Shown: positions 1-9,349, numbered from the stretch's first letter. The stretch: DNA of 32,000 nt from Nitrospira sp. (GCA_030123625.1 CP126121.1:814179-846178), one strand, 5' to 3'. Numbers and translations are program-made. The notes: generated by a model not told the origin, from the letters alone.

Positions 1-137
1 CTCGGGTATCCGGACCAAGCAGCGGCGACGCGTTCAGAAAGAACCCTAGTGCTCCAGTACTTGAAAGAACAGTCTACGGGGTGGTACATTTCTAAAAATC
101 TAGACCGTTCAAGAATATTGACACTGCAAATGAAGTC

Positions 138-725
138 ATGATTACGCAGGCAAGACGTTTTGGCCCGCCCCTGTTTCTACTGACTCTTACGGCGATATTC
201 AGCCCTAGTCTCGCCGCCGCGCATGGAAACGTGTCGATGGAAGAGGACATTTGCGTGCGAAGAATCGGCGGGAATATGGTGCATTTCAGCGCATACCAGC
301 CACAAATCGAACCGAAGGCTCAATACTGCACGGATATCCCGGATGTGGGTGACACCTTTCTCGTGGTGGACTTGGTCGACCCGAGCCTGCGCAATCTGCC
401 GGTGGGAGTCAAAATCATTCGAGGGATCAATGAAAATGAGCAAGACGAGGCCAAGACCGTCGCGTATTGGAAGCCGGCTTCTCACCCTGATGGCGTCGTG
501 AGGGGAGAAGCGAAGTTGGATAAGGGCCTCTATAAGCTGATCATAACGGCGGAAGGGCTCAGCCCTTCTTCCTATTTACTGCGGGTGCAACAGATCGACT
601 ATTCAAAACTTGGGCGCGCGGCTCTAGGACCCTTGGCTTTGCTGTTGGTACTCGGAATCGTTGGGTATGAGCTCTCGAAATCGAGCCGAGTGCGGGGTTG
701 GTTTGCATCTCGCCGTCGTTCGTAA
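138..725 (+). CDS. amoE: AmoD/AmoE-family (PmoD-like) periplasmic, membrane-anchored copper-associated protein, paralog 1 (most divergent of three)
   Basis: 195 aa; signal peptide ending ...AAAHG; conserved HG-x(6)-D-x-C ... M-x-H/Y-F-x-x-YQP ... C-x-D-I-P pattern shared with the next two ORFs; C-terminal TM helix; upstream of copC/copD/amoCAB. The amoE versus amoD label is inferred from divergence and position. Confidence 0.7.
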   Translation: MITQARRFGPPLFLLTLTAIFSPSLAAAHGNVSMEEDICVRRIGGNMVHFSAYQPQIEPKAQYCTDIPDVGDTFLVVDLVDPSLRNLPVGVKIIRGINENEQDEAKTVAYWKPASHPDGVVRGEAKLDKGLYKLIITAEGLSPSSYLLRVQQIDYSKLGRAALGPLALLLVLGIVGYELSKSSRVRGWFASRRRS

Positions 726-788
726 GCAGCCGGCGCCAGCGTGTGACTATCTGAGCCTTCACTTCACCATTGCAGAGAGGGATCTTTC

Positions 789-1376
789 ATGAGGCCTTTC
801 GTATATCTGAAACTGACGGTTGGATGTGCGGTATTTGCTATAGGTGCCCTCGTTACCTCACAAGTCCATGCCCATGGCGGACTTTCCATGGCTGAAGACA
901 TGTGCAAACTTACGATCGGCCCTTACATGATGCACTTCAGCGGCTACCAGCCTGAGAACTCGCAGCAAAAGCAGTTCTGTGAGGATATCCCGGCGACCGG
1001 CCAGACGATCGTGGTACTGGATTACATCGAGCAGGAGCTTCGCTCGCTTCCCGCCGAAGTCCGCATCATCAAAGATACGGGTTCAGAGGACAATCTTGAG
1101 GCCATTACAGTGTTTCACCTTCCGGCCAAGGTGTATCCGAATGGTTCGATCGACTTTGCATACACCTTTGACAAGCCGGGGAAGTTTGTCGGCATGGTCA
1201 CTGTCGGCGACAAGCAACAACATATATCCCGGTTCCCATTCTCTGTAGGCGAACCGAAGGTCTTTTCCAAATTCTTAAATATCTACATGGTTCCAGTCGC
1301 TGCGGTAGTCATCGTCGGCGCAATTGTCTTTTTCATGCGCGACCGCCGCAAGCCGTCGCAAATCGCGGCTTCCTAG
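789..1376 (+). CDS. amoD: AmoD-family (PmoD-like) protein, paralog 2
   Basis: 195 aa; signal peptide; MCKLTIGPYMMHFSGYQPENSQQKQFCEDIP motif; LDYIEQELRSLPAEVRIIKDTGSEDNL segment nearly identical to paralog 3; C-terminal TM followed by RDRRKPS. Confidence 0.82.
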   Translation: MRPFVYLKLTVGCAVFAIGALVTSQVHAHGGLSMAEDMCKLTIGPYMMHFSGYQPENSQQKQFCEDIPATGQTIVVLDYIEQELRSLPAEVRIIKDTGSEDNLEAITVFHLPAKVYPNGSIDFAYTFDKPGKFVGMVTVGDKQQHISRFPFSVGEPKVFSKFLNIYMVPVAAVVIVGAIVFFMRDRRKPSQIAAS

Positions 1377-1434
1377 GATTAGGCGACGACGGGACCTTAC
1401 GCTTCATGAGAAGCAGAGAAAGAAGAGGTTGAAC

Positions 1435-2022
1435 ATGTCCTGTCACTTGCTGATTCGTGCGTGGGTGTGTTGCTTGTTCCTGCTGGTGCTGGCTCCTTTC
1501 CCGGCGCTGGCACAGCATGGACATGAATTAGCGACCGACACCTGCGTCCTTCACATCGGACCGTATAAGATGTACTTCAACAGCTATCAGCCCGAAACTC
1601 AGTTCGACAGGCAGTTTTGCCAGGAACTCCCAGGGACAGGTAACACGGTTTTGGTGCTGGATTATGTGGAACAGGAACTTCGTTCTCTCCCTGTTGAGGT
1701 AAGGATCATTCGGGATACCGGCTCAGAGGAGAATCTCGATGCGATCACGATCGCCCATTTACCCTCCAGGATCTACCCCACGGGATCTATCGACGTGAAG
1801 TATAACTTTGATAAGCCTGGCAAGTACATTGGTTTGGTTTCAGTGGGCGCAAACCATGAGCACCTCTCGCGATTCCCGTTTTCAATCGGCGAAACAGGAA
1901 TGATGTCTCACTTGACACACTATGTCATGGTTATTGTCCCCGTCCTGGTAGGCATCGCTGTAGCTGTGTTCTTTTCTTTTCGGGATCGTCGCAAACCTGC
2001 GGGAATCCCCGTGTCATCATAA
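1435..2022 (+). CDS. amoD: AmoD-family (PmoD-like) protein, paralog 3
   Basis: The ORF track starts at 1324, but the Met at 1435 gives an rbs-preceded 195 aa protein with a signal peptide; TCVLHIGPYKMYFNSYQPETQFDRQFCQELP; C-terminal FFSFRDRRKPAG. Confidence 0.82.
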   Translation: MSCHLLIRAWVCCLFLLVLAPFPALAQHGHELATDTCVLHIGPYKMYFNSYQPETQFDRQFCQELPGTGNTVLVLDYVEQELRSLPVEVRIIRDTGSEENLDAITIAHLPSRIYPTGSIDVKYNFDKPGKYIGLVSVGANHEHLSRFPFSIGETGMMSHLTHYVMVIVPVLVGIAVAVFFSFRDRRKPAGIPVSS

Positions 2023-2114
2023 TGATAGGCGACGGATGCCCGCTGGAGCAGTGGATTAGACGGCCGGATGCGTCGCGCTTTCTTGGATACCTTAAGCAGT
2101 AACACGGAGGACCA

Positions 2115-2516
2115 ATGATCGGCTCACCAGGCAGGCACACGTTCAGGCATGTCATCTTGATCGTGGCGTTCGTCTTGGGAGTTCCCGCCACCTCGGCCTT
2201 CGCGCATTCCATGTTGGTCAAGGCAGAACCACCACGGCGGGCCGTCCTTACCAAATCGCCGAGTCAGGTGCGCTTGTGGTTCAATGAGAAAATCGAAGGA
2301 GACTATGCTTCTCTCGTGGTCCTTGATGCCAAGAAACAGCCGATCACCGAGTTGAAGCCCACCCTGGCCCCTGACGATCAAAAATCGATCGTCCTGCCGT
2401 TGCCCGAGCTATCGCCCGGCAAGTATTCCGTCAAGTTTCGCGTTCTCTCGGTGGACGGACATGTCGTCGAGTCATCTTTCGACTTCACCGTGAAGGGCGA
2501 AGCCCACAAAAAATGA
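2115..2516 (+). CDS. copC: CopC-domain copper-binding periplasmic protein
   Basis: 133 aa; signal peptide then AHSMLVKAEPPRRAVLTKSPSQVRLWFNEKIEGDY...HVVESSFDFTVKG, the typical CopC fold sequence. Confidence 0.9.
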   Translation: MIGSPGRHTFRHVILIVAFVLGVPATSAFAHSMLVKAEPPRRAVLTKSPSQVRLWFNEKIEGDYASLVVLDAKKQPITELKPTLAPDDQKSIVLPLPELSPGKYSVKFRVLSVDGHVVESSFDFTVKGEAHKK

Positions 2517-4528
2517 TCGAGGCTGCTGGCGCGCTGTTCCGCTGTCTGCAGCTGGCCTCCTCTATGCTGCTGGTCGGTGGTTGCGTGTTTTTGGCAATTG
2601 CCGAGCAGAAGTACTCTGCCTCCCGATATACGTGGCCGGCTCGTCTGAAACAGTTCTTTCCATGGCTGGCCGTAACACTGTTGCTCGGGTTATTCGGTCT
2701 CCTCGCTACAACGACGGCACAAGCGACCGGAGCTCCTGAAAATTCTTGGAATCCGCAAGCCTGGTTAGACTTCTTACAAAAAACCCGCATCGGGCTTATT
2801 TGGATTTTGCGCGCTTCTAGCGCCCTCGCTGTCCTTGTGATGGTTCTGTACGTTCGATTTTCTCCTCCAGCGCAATGGCGCTACGTTACCTGTGCGTCAG
2901 TTGCGGCTCTGCCCCTGGCCCTCAGTTCTCTCGCCAGCCATTCGGCGGCCGAGGAGCAGGCGGTTGGGGTCACGTTGTCCTATGCCCTGCATGTCATAAC
3001 AGCCAGTGTCTGGCTCGGCGGCCTGCCGGGCGTGCTCCTTGTTGCCTCCACCACCACGACCGAATCGCCGGACGACCGATCACGTGCCGGAGAAGTGCTG
3101 AGCCGTTTTTCGGCATTGGCGCTCCCCACGATGATCGCCATTGTCGTGTCGGGCCTCGTCGTGGCCAATCGCATGATCGACACAAATTACGCCGGACTCG
3201 TCGCAACGACCTACGGCTTGCTCCTTATCGCCAAACTTACGTTGCTGGCTATCATTCTTTTTATCGCCTCGCGCGCGAAGTCTGTTTGGGTGCCGTCGCT
3301 TAATCAGAGTTCGATTATAGCCGCAGCGGGCGGACGAAAGCTCCGGACGTGGGTGAGAGTTGAATTCGTTCTCGCCATCCTACTGATAATCGTCGCCACG
3401 TTGTTGGCCAACGCCGTGCCCGCCAAACATGATGTGATCGATTACTGGCCCTACCCCTTTCGCTTCTCCATCGATGCCACATGGGGCGATTGGCTTGTAC
3501 GAGCTATCGTACTCACCGGCCTTGTACTCCTGATCATAGCCGGAACGATGATCGTTCTCAGCCGCAAAAAACATTGGGGAACCTCGTGGCGGATCACTGC
3601 TCCGACAGTTTTAGGAATCCTTGGACTTGCCGCGGCACTCTATCCCATTTCCGTGCAGTCGTACCCGGAAACCTATCGGAAAACTCCGGTACCCTTCGAC
3701 GCCATCTCCATTGCCAACGGTGTTGAGTTATTTGCCGCGAATTGCATTCCCTGTCATGGGCCGCAAGCAAAGGGAAATGGCGTACTGGCCAAAACATTGC
3801 CGAAACAACCGGTAGACCTTCTGACGGAACCGCATACCGCCATGCATACGGCCGGTGACTTCTTCCATTGGCTGACCTACGGACGATTCAACGGTATCAT
3901 GCCGGCCTTCGGCGACAAATTTTCCGAAGAAGAACGCTGGGACCTGCTGAATTTTCTTCATGCCAATTCCCGAGGGTATCAATCGAGGATCATCACCCCT
4001 CGTATTCTGCCTGAGCAACCGTTCATGGCTACTCCGAACTTCTCGTATACCGCGCACGATGGCTCAAGCGGCACACTGAAGGATTTCCGCGGGAAGCAAG
4101 ATGTGCTGCTGATCTTCTTTTCATGGCCGGAATCGCGCGTTCGGCTCGATCAACTCCGTACGGCTGCCGCCTCAATCATCGGAAAGAATACGGCCATCTT
4201 GGCAGTCCCCATGACTGACTTAGCTCCGGATGAACTGACCGCAATCGTACGGGATATGCCCTTCCCTGTCGTCACACAGGGCGCGCGCGAGATCTCCAGC
4301 AGCTATGCCCTGTTCCGAAGGACACTCTCTATTCCGGATTTGTTCGGCGAAGGAACGAGTCCAAAGCATATGGAATTTCTCATCGACCGCTTTGGTTATT
4401 TGCGGGCACGATGGATTCCTAACGGGGACGGATCCGGGTGGGCGGATATAACCGTGCTGACACAACAAATCACTCAACTCAATCAAGAGCGAGAAATCTT
4501 ACCTCCCCCAGGCGATCACGTTCATTAG
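2513..4528 (+). CDS. copD: CopD-like copper transport membrane protein fused to a c-type cytochrome domain and a C-terminal thioredoxin/SCO-like domain
   Basis: 671 aa; N-terminal polytopic CopD region; CIPCHG heme motif at about 3743-3757 with a distal Met (NGIMPAFGDKF); C-terminal NFSYTAHDGSSGTLKDFRGKQDVLLIFFSWPESRVRLDQLR. ATGA overlap with copC. Confidence 0.82.
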   Translation: MIEAAGALFRCLQLASSMLLVGGCVFLAIAEQKYSASRYTWPARLKQFFPWLAVTLLLGLFGLLATTTAQATGAPENSWNPQAWLDFLQKTRIGLIWILRASSALAVLVMVLYVRFSPPAQWRYVTCASVAALPLALSSLASHSAAEEQAVGVTLSYALHVITASVWLGGLPGVLLVASTTTTESPDDRSRAGEVLSRFSALALPTMIAIVVSGLVVANRMIDTNYAGLVATTYGLLLIAKLTLLAIILFIASRAKSVWVPSLNQSSIIAAAGGRKLRTWVRVEFVLAILLIIVATLLANAVPAKHDVIDYWPYPFRFSIDATWGDWLVRAIVLTGLVLLIIAGTMIVLSRKKHWGTSWRITAPTVLGILGLAAALYPISVQSYPETYRKTPVPFDAISIANGVELFAANCIPCHGPQAKGNGVLAKTLPKQPVDLLTEPHTAMHTAGDFFHWLTYGRFNGIMPAFGDKFSEEERWDLLNFLHANSRGYQSRIITPRILPEQPFMATPNFSYTAHDGSSGTLKDFRGKQDVLLIFFSWPESRVRLDQLRTAAASIIGKNTAILAVPMTDLAPDELTAIVRDMPFPVVTQGAREISSSYALFRRTLSIPDLFGEGTSPKHMEFLIDRFGYLRARWIPNGDGSGWADITVLTQQITQLNQEREILPPPGDHVH

Positions 4529-4868
4529 AAAAATCTCATTTTACGTAGTCGGCCTTATTGCTTTTTCTTGCAGTCAACAGGCCTTTTCGTCGTCCAGCAA
4601 AAGCCGATTTGGCACCAGGAGCTTCCCCGCTGATCTTGACTTCCAATACCCGCAGGAGTATACCTGCCCCTCTAAGCCGAACCTCTCATTTGCGCTGTAG
4701 GCAAGGGGTTAGGTGGCCTATCTCATGATATTTTGCTTGACTCGTCTCGAAGCTTTGTCGGATACTTGCTCACCTTTTGCCGGGTCTTCCGCCAGAAGAA
4801 GCATATCAATCGTGGCAAGGTCCTTTCTTCAAACGTGGTATTCGGTAGTAGGACACTTTCATTTAACA

Positions 4869-4877
4869 CAAGGAGGT
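4869..4877 (+). promoter_or_regulatory. Strong Shine-Dalgarno upstream of amoC
   Basis: AAGGAGG just upstream of the amoC ATG. Confidence 0.75.
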
Positions 4878-4884
4878 AGGGGAC

Positions 4885-5703
4885 ATGGCAGCTGACAGTT
4901 CTGGGCGAGGGTATGACATCTCGCAGTGGTACGACTCGAAGCCGGTGAAAATCGGCTGGTTGGCGATCTTGGGAATCGGGGTCTTCTGGGTGCTGTACCA
5001 GCGGGCGTTCGGGTACTCGCACGGGTTGGACTCCATGACCCCGGAGTTTGATTCGGTGTGGATGGGCCTGTGGCGGTTTAACATTTTGGCGAACGCGGTG
5101 TTTTTTGCGGTGACCATTGGCTGGATCTGGGTGACGCGGGACCGGAACCTGGCGAACCTGGACCACAAGCTGGAGCTGAAGCGGTACTTTTACTGGATGG
5201 GGTGGTTGGTGTGCTACATCTGGGGCGTGTACTACGCGGGGAGCTACACATTGGAGCAGGATGCGGCGTGGCACCAAGTGATCATCCGGGACACGAGCTT
5301 CACGGCGAGCCACATTGTGGCGTTCTACGGGACGTTCCCGTTGTACATCACGTGCGGGGTGGCGAGTTATCTGTATGCGCAGACGCGGCTGCCGTTGTAC
5401 GCGCAGGCGACGTCGTTTCCGTTGGTGGCGGCGGTGGTGGGGCCGATGTTCATTCTGCCGAACGTGGGGTTGAACGAGTGGGGCCATGCGTTCTGGTTTG
5501 TGGATGAGCTGTTTTCGGCGCCGTTGCACTGGGGCTTCGTGACGTTGGGGTGGTGCGGGTTGTTCGGGGCCGCGGGCGGCGTGGCGGCGCAGATCGTGAG
5601 CCGGATGTCGAATCTGGCCGACGTGATCTGGAACAACGCGCCGAAGAGCATCCTGGATCCGTTCCCCAGCCAGGTGAACCCCAACGCCAAGGCAGGGTAC
5701 TAA
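4885..5703 (+). CDS. amoC: Ammonia monooxygenase subunit C
   Basis: 272 aa; [56 protein letters not shown]...[23 protein letters not shown], characteristic AmoC/PmoC. Confidence 0.98.
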   Translation: MAADSSGRGYDISQWYDSKPVKIGWLAILGIGVFWVLYQRAFGYSHGLDSMTPEFDSVWMGLWRFNILANAVFFAVTIGWIWVTRDRNLANLDHKLELKRYFYWMGWLVCYIWGVYYAGSYTLEQDAAWHQVIIRDTSFTASHIVAFYGTFPLYITCGVASYLYAQTRLPLYAQATSFPLVAAVVGPMFILPNVGLNEWGHAFWFVDELFSAPLHWGFVTLGWCGLFGAAGGVAAQIVSRMSNLADVIWNNAPKSILDPFPSQVNPNAKAGY

Positions 5704-5821
5704 GCAGCAAAGGCGGGCAGTCCAAACAACGAGCAGTCGGCATGGGAGGCTGGATGCGGCGCTTCGAGGCACAGAACGCCGGGTCGGCCTCAGCCGGCTG
5801 AAATGACGGAGGATGTCAGTT

Positions 5822-6664
5822 ATGTTTAGAACCGATGAGATTATTAAGGCTTCGAAGCTGCCGCCGGAAGGCGTCGCGATGTCCCGGCACATCGATTACA
5901 TTTACTTCATTCCGATTTTGTTCGTCACCATCGTCGGCACCTTTCACATGCACTTCGACCTGTTGGCCGGCGACTGGGACTTCTGGTTGGACTGGAAGGA
6001 CCGGCAATGGTGGCCGATCGTGACCCCGATTACGGCCATTACCTTTTGTGCGGCCCTCCAGTACTACAATTGGGTGAACTATCGCCAGCCCTTTGGGGCC
6101 ACGATCACCATCCTGGCGCTCCTCGCCGGCAAGTGGGTCACGATCGTCGCCGCGTGGTGGTGGTGGTCGAACTATCCGTATAACTTCGTCATGCCGGCCA
6201 CCTTGCTGCCGAGCGCCATCGTCCTGGACATCGTCTTGTTGTTGACCCGGAACTGGACGCTGACGGCCGTGATCGGGGCCTGGATGTTTGCCGCGTTGTT
6301 CTATCCGACGAACTGGGCGTTGTTCGCCTACAGCCATACGCCGCTGGTCGTCGATGGCACCTTGCTGTCGTGGGCGGACTACATGGGCTTCTTGTATGTC
6401 CGGACCGGAACGCCGGAGTACATTCGGATGATCGAAGTGGGCTCGCTGCGCACCTTCGGCGGGCACAGCACGATGATCTCGTCGTTCTTCGCCGCGTTTG
6501 CGTCGTCGTTGATGTACATTCTGTGGTGGCAGTTCGGCAAGTTCTTCTGCACCGCCTACTTCTACCTCACGGATGACCGGCAGCGCACGACCAAAGTCCA
6601 CGATGTGTTCGCCTATGCAACACTGGCACATGCCGATAAGGCCAAAATCGGGGGGAAAGCATGA
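5822..6664 (+). CDS. amoA: Ammonia monooxygenase subunit A, comammox type
   Basis: ORF 5813..6664; internal start at [12 protein letters not shown] more likely; [45 protein letters not shown]... Confidence 0.98.
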   Translation: MFRTDEIIKASKLPPEGVAMSRHIDYIYFIPILFVTIVGTFHMHFDLLAGDWDFWLDWKDRQWWPIVTPITAITFCAALQYYNWVNYRQPFGATITILALLAGKWVTIVAAWWWWSNYPYNFVMPATLLPSAIVLDIVLLLTRNWTLTAVIGAWMFAALFYPTNWALFAYSHTPLVVDGTLLSWADYMGFLYVRTGTPEYIRMIEVGSLRTFGGHSTMISSFFAAFASSLMYILWWQFGKFFCTAYFYLTDDRQRTTKVHDVFAYATLAHADKAKIGGKA

Positions 6665-7920
6665 ACGTCACACATGGCTTCAAACTGTGGATAATGGGCC
6701 TCTGCGGGGTGGCGACGCTGGCGTTCACGCCGGTTTTTGATATCACCCCTGCATTCGCTCACGGCGAGCGCTCGCAGGAACCGTTCCTGCGTATGCGTAC
6801 CGTGAATTGGTATGACACTGAGTGGGTTGGGAAATCGACTAAAGTCAACGACGTGACGGAATTGAGAGGCAAGTTCCATTTGTCCGAGGACTGGCCTCGT
6901 GCAGTCGTAAAGCCGAACCGTACTTTCATCAACATCGGCTCCCCTAGTTCCGTCTTTGTGCGGCTCAGTTCTAAAGTGAATGGAACACCGATGTTTGTTT
7001 CGGGGCCGATGGAAATCGGACGTGACTATGAGTACGTAGTCACGTTGAAAGCCCGACTCCCGGGCCATCATCACATCCATCCGATGTTTGCCGTCAAGGA
7101 TGCCGGTCCGATTGCGGGTCCTGGCGGATGGATGGATATCACTGGCCGGTATGAGGATTTCACCAATCCGATTAAAACCCTTACCGGGGAAACGTTCGAC
7201 TCGGAAACCATGGGTACGGCTACTGGGATCATGTGGCACTTGTTCTGGGGGGCCGTGGCCATTTTCTGGGTCGGCTTCTTCATGATCCGACCGATGTACT
7301 TGGTCCGCGCTCGTGTCTTGGCGGCGTATGGGGATGAGATTCTACTTGACCCAATCGACCGCAAAGTGGGAACTGCGGTGTTGATCTTCGTGTTGGTCGT
7401 CGTGACCGTCGGGTATCTGGCGGCAGATGCACGGCACCCTGTGAGCGTGCCGCTTCAGGCCGGTGAAACAAAGGTCAAGCCGATGCCGATTAAGCCGAAC
7501 CCGTTCGTAGTTGAAGTCACCCATGCTGAATACGACGTTCCAGGTCGGGCGTTGCGCATGACTCTCCATGCGACAAATAACGGGACTGAACCTGTGACCA
7601 TTGGTGAATTCACGACTGCAGGTATCCGGTTTACCAACAAGATGGGGGCAACCAAACTCGATCCAAACTATCCACCTGAGTTGGTGGCTCAGGCTGGTTT
7701 GACGATGGATAATGAAGCCCCGATTCTGCCTGGTCAGACAGTCGACATCAAAGTCGAATCCAAGGACGTTCTGTGGGAAGTGCAGCGGCTGGTGGACATT
7801 CTCCACGATCCAGATCAACGCTTCGCAGGGTTATTGATGTCCTGGACAGAGAAGGGTGATCGGCTCATCAATCCGATTTGGGCTCCGGTTCTCCCGGTCT
7901 TCACCAGACTGGGCGCATAG
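6661..7920 (+). CDS. amoB: Ammonia monooxygenase subunit B
   Basis: 419 aa; signal peptide then [23 protein letters not shown]; [19 protein letters not shown] copper-site region; ATGA overlap with amoA. Confidence 0.98.
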   Translation: MNVTHGFKLWIMGLCGVATLAFTPVFDITPAFAHGERSQEPFLRMRTVNWYDTEWVGKSTKVNDVTELRGKFHLSEDWPRAVVKPNRTFINIGSPSSVFVRLSSKVNGTPMFVSGPMEIGRDYEYVVTLKARLPGHHHIHPMFAVKDAGPIAGPGGWMDITGRYEDFTNPIKTLTGETFDSETMGTATGIMWHLFWGAVAIFWVGFFMIRPMYLVRARVLAAYGDEILLDPIDRKVGTAVLIFVLVVVTVGYLAADARHPVSVPLQAGETKVKPMPIKPNPFVVEVTHAEYDVPGRALRMTLHATNNGTEPVTIGEFTTAGIRFTNKMGATKLDPNYPPELVAQAGLTMDNEAPILPGQTVDIKVESKDVLWEVQRLVDILHDPDQRFAGLLMSWTEKGDRLINPIWAPVLPVFTRLGA

Positions 7921-7940
7921 AGCAACGCGTCTCTAGGCAA

Positions 7941-7990
7941 GATGCCGACCCGTCTCCATGAAAATGGTCAGGCGGGTCGGCATCCTTGTT
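7941..7990 (+). terminator. Rho-independent terminator downstream of amoCAB
   Basis: GATGCCGACCCG (7941-7952) pairs with CGGGTCGGCATC (7973-7984), stem extendable inward, followed by CTTGTTTCATTC. Confidence 0.85.
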
Positions 7991-8198
7991 TCATTCAAGA
8001 TTCAGCCTCATTTTCACTCTTTCATAATCTTTTTCCTATCCTGTCTTTGGTTCATCGAGCGCTGTCAGCCTAGGCTCAGCTCAGTTTAGTGTTCGCTAAT
8101 GCTGGGTTCTTTGTGATGGTCTTCTTATGCCGTATAAAAGACCGCGATCTGCCCTCTATCATCATGGCGAGTCTGAGATCAGCCAGTGGGAGCAAAAC

Positions 8199-8247
8199 CC
8201 GGACAGATCAGGTCTACATAAACCGGACAACTTAACTTGCTATCTCC
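8199..8247. repeat. Orphan ISNCY/IS1202-like element end (about 48 nt relic)
   Basis: CCGGACAGATCAGGTCTACATAAACCGGACAACTTAACTTGCTATCT matches the right end of the element at 29174-29221 almost base for base; no partner end or transposase nearby. Confidence 0.85.
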
Positions 8248-8387
8248 ACAGTCACCTCTACAACTTGCCCGTCTGGCAATGGTCCTGTATGATGTTGTCG
8301 CTCTTACGAGCTTTGTGCTTCGAGATTCTGCTGTTTCTGCAGAGGTTTCAACACACAGACTCCTACATCACACCTTCTGTTAGGTCC

Positions 8388-9206
8388 ATGGAGACACCTT
8401 CAAACATTTCCCCTCCTTCGCCGCTCTTCGACACCATCGGGCGTATTGCCTTCCGACATTTCCCTCAAGCGGGCCCATTCAATACCCATCGGATGCGGGA
8501 CTACGGAATTGCCGCCTTCACCTTCTTCAGCGTGGCAATCAGTTCCTTGTTGGAGATTAGCGCAAGCGTTGAACGGCAACAATTGCTTGGAGCGTTCGCA
8601 TGGATGTTTCTCGCAACCCTATTGCTTGGCGAGAATCGGGAAACGAAGGCTCAGGTCGTCATCGCCGTCCTATTTGCAACCATTGGCGAACATTTTGCCT
8701 CTATTTACATGGGAGGCTACACTTATCGGTTTGAAAATGTTCCCGCCTATGTTCCGCCCGGTCATGGGATGGTATATCTGACGGCCGTGGCGCTGGCACG
8801 ATCCGGGCTGTTCGTCCGTCATCCCGGGAAAATAACCCTTTTCGTCGTGGGAGTATGGGGTACTTGGTCTCTTTGGGGAATCAGCGGTTACCCGGATCGA
8901 GGAGATTGGGTCGGTGCATTGTTGTTCTCCATATTTTTGGTCTGGTTGATCATCGGCCGCTCACCGATGGTCTATTTGGCTGCTTTTTTCATTACGACGT
9001 GGCTTGAACTGATCGGCACTGCGGTCGGTGCATGGAAATGGGCTGCCATCGATCCTCTGCTGGGATGGCCACAAGGGAATCCTCCCAGTGGGGTGGGCGC
9101 TTGGTACTGTTTAGTCGATGCGGTTGCTATCGGAGGAGCAGGACCTGCTCTCTATGGGATGAAACGCCTCCGTAACTGGTCCAAATCCTTTGGGTCTCCC
9201 CAATAA
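8388..9206 (+). CDS. Uncharacterised polytopic membrane protein (about 272 aa) in the nitrification locus
   Basis: ORF 8127..9206; the N-terminal part of the track ORF reads through the IS relic, so the start is set at METPSNISPP; multiple hydrophobic helices; conserved-looking YRFENVPAYVPPGHG and GAWKWAAIDPLLGWPQGNPPSGVGAWYCLVD. Confidence 0.75.
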   Translation: METPSNISPPSPLFDTIGRIAFRHFPQAGPFNTHRMRDYGIAAFTFFSVAISSLLEISASVERQQLLGAFAWMFLATLLLGENRETKAQVVIAVLFATIGEHFASIYMGGYTYRFENVPAYVPPGHGMVYLTAVALARSGLFVRHPGKITLFVVGVWGTWSLWGISGYPDRGDWVGALLFSIFLVWLIIGRSPMVYLAAFFITTWLELIGTAVGAWKWAAIDPLLGWPQGNPPSGVGAWYCLVDAVAIGGAGPALYGMKRLRNWSKSFGSPQ

Positions 9207-9349
9207 GCCGTCATCATTGAAGAACTCACTGCATATACGTGGAGAGCGAGTCCAATGCCTCGTGACAGATCCCTATCATTTTCTTCTCATCCTCTGTAGG
9301 CAGCTCTTGATATAATCCTGACCATGTTCGCTAAACCTGGAAGCACATC

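Noticed and set aside
1-141. Open frame from the left edge ending at TGA 139-141
   Set aside because: Only 47 codons, open by edge, no recognisable motif; cannot be distinguished from chance.
4723-5892. 389-aa antisense ORF opposite amoC
   Set aside because: High GC3 in amoC leaves the opposite frame free of stops; low-complexity Arg/Pro/His-rich translation with no domain and no upstream signals.
5816-6631. 271-aa antisense ORF opposite amoA
   Set aside because: Shadow ORF; Arg/Gln/His-rich and fully nested in amoA.
8127-8387. N-terminal extension of the 359-aa membrane protein ORF
   Set aside because: This part translates the orphan IS end (HKPDNLTCYL also appears in the ORF at 29109..29315) and is not part of the protein; the start was moved to 8388.
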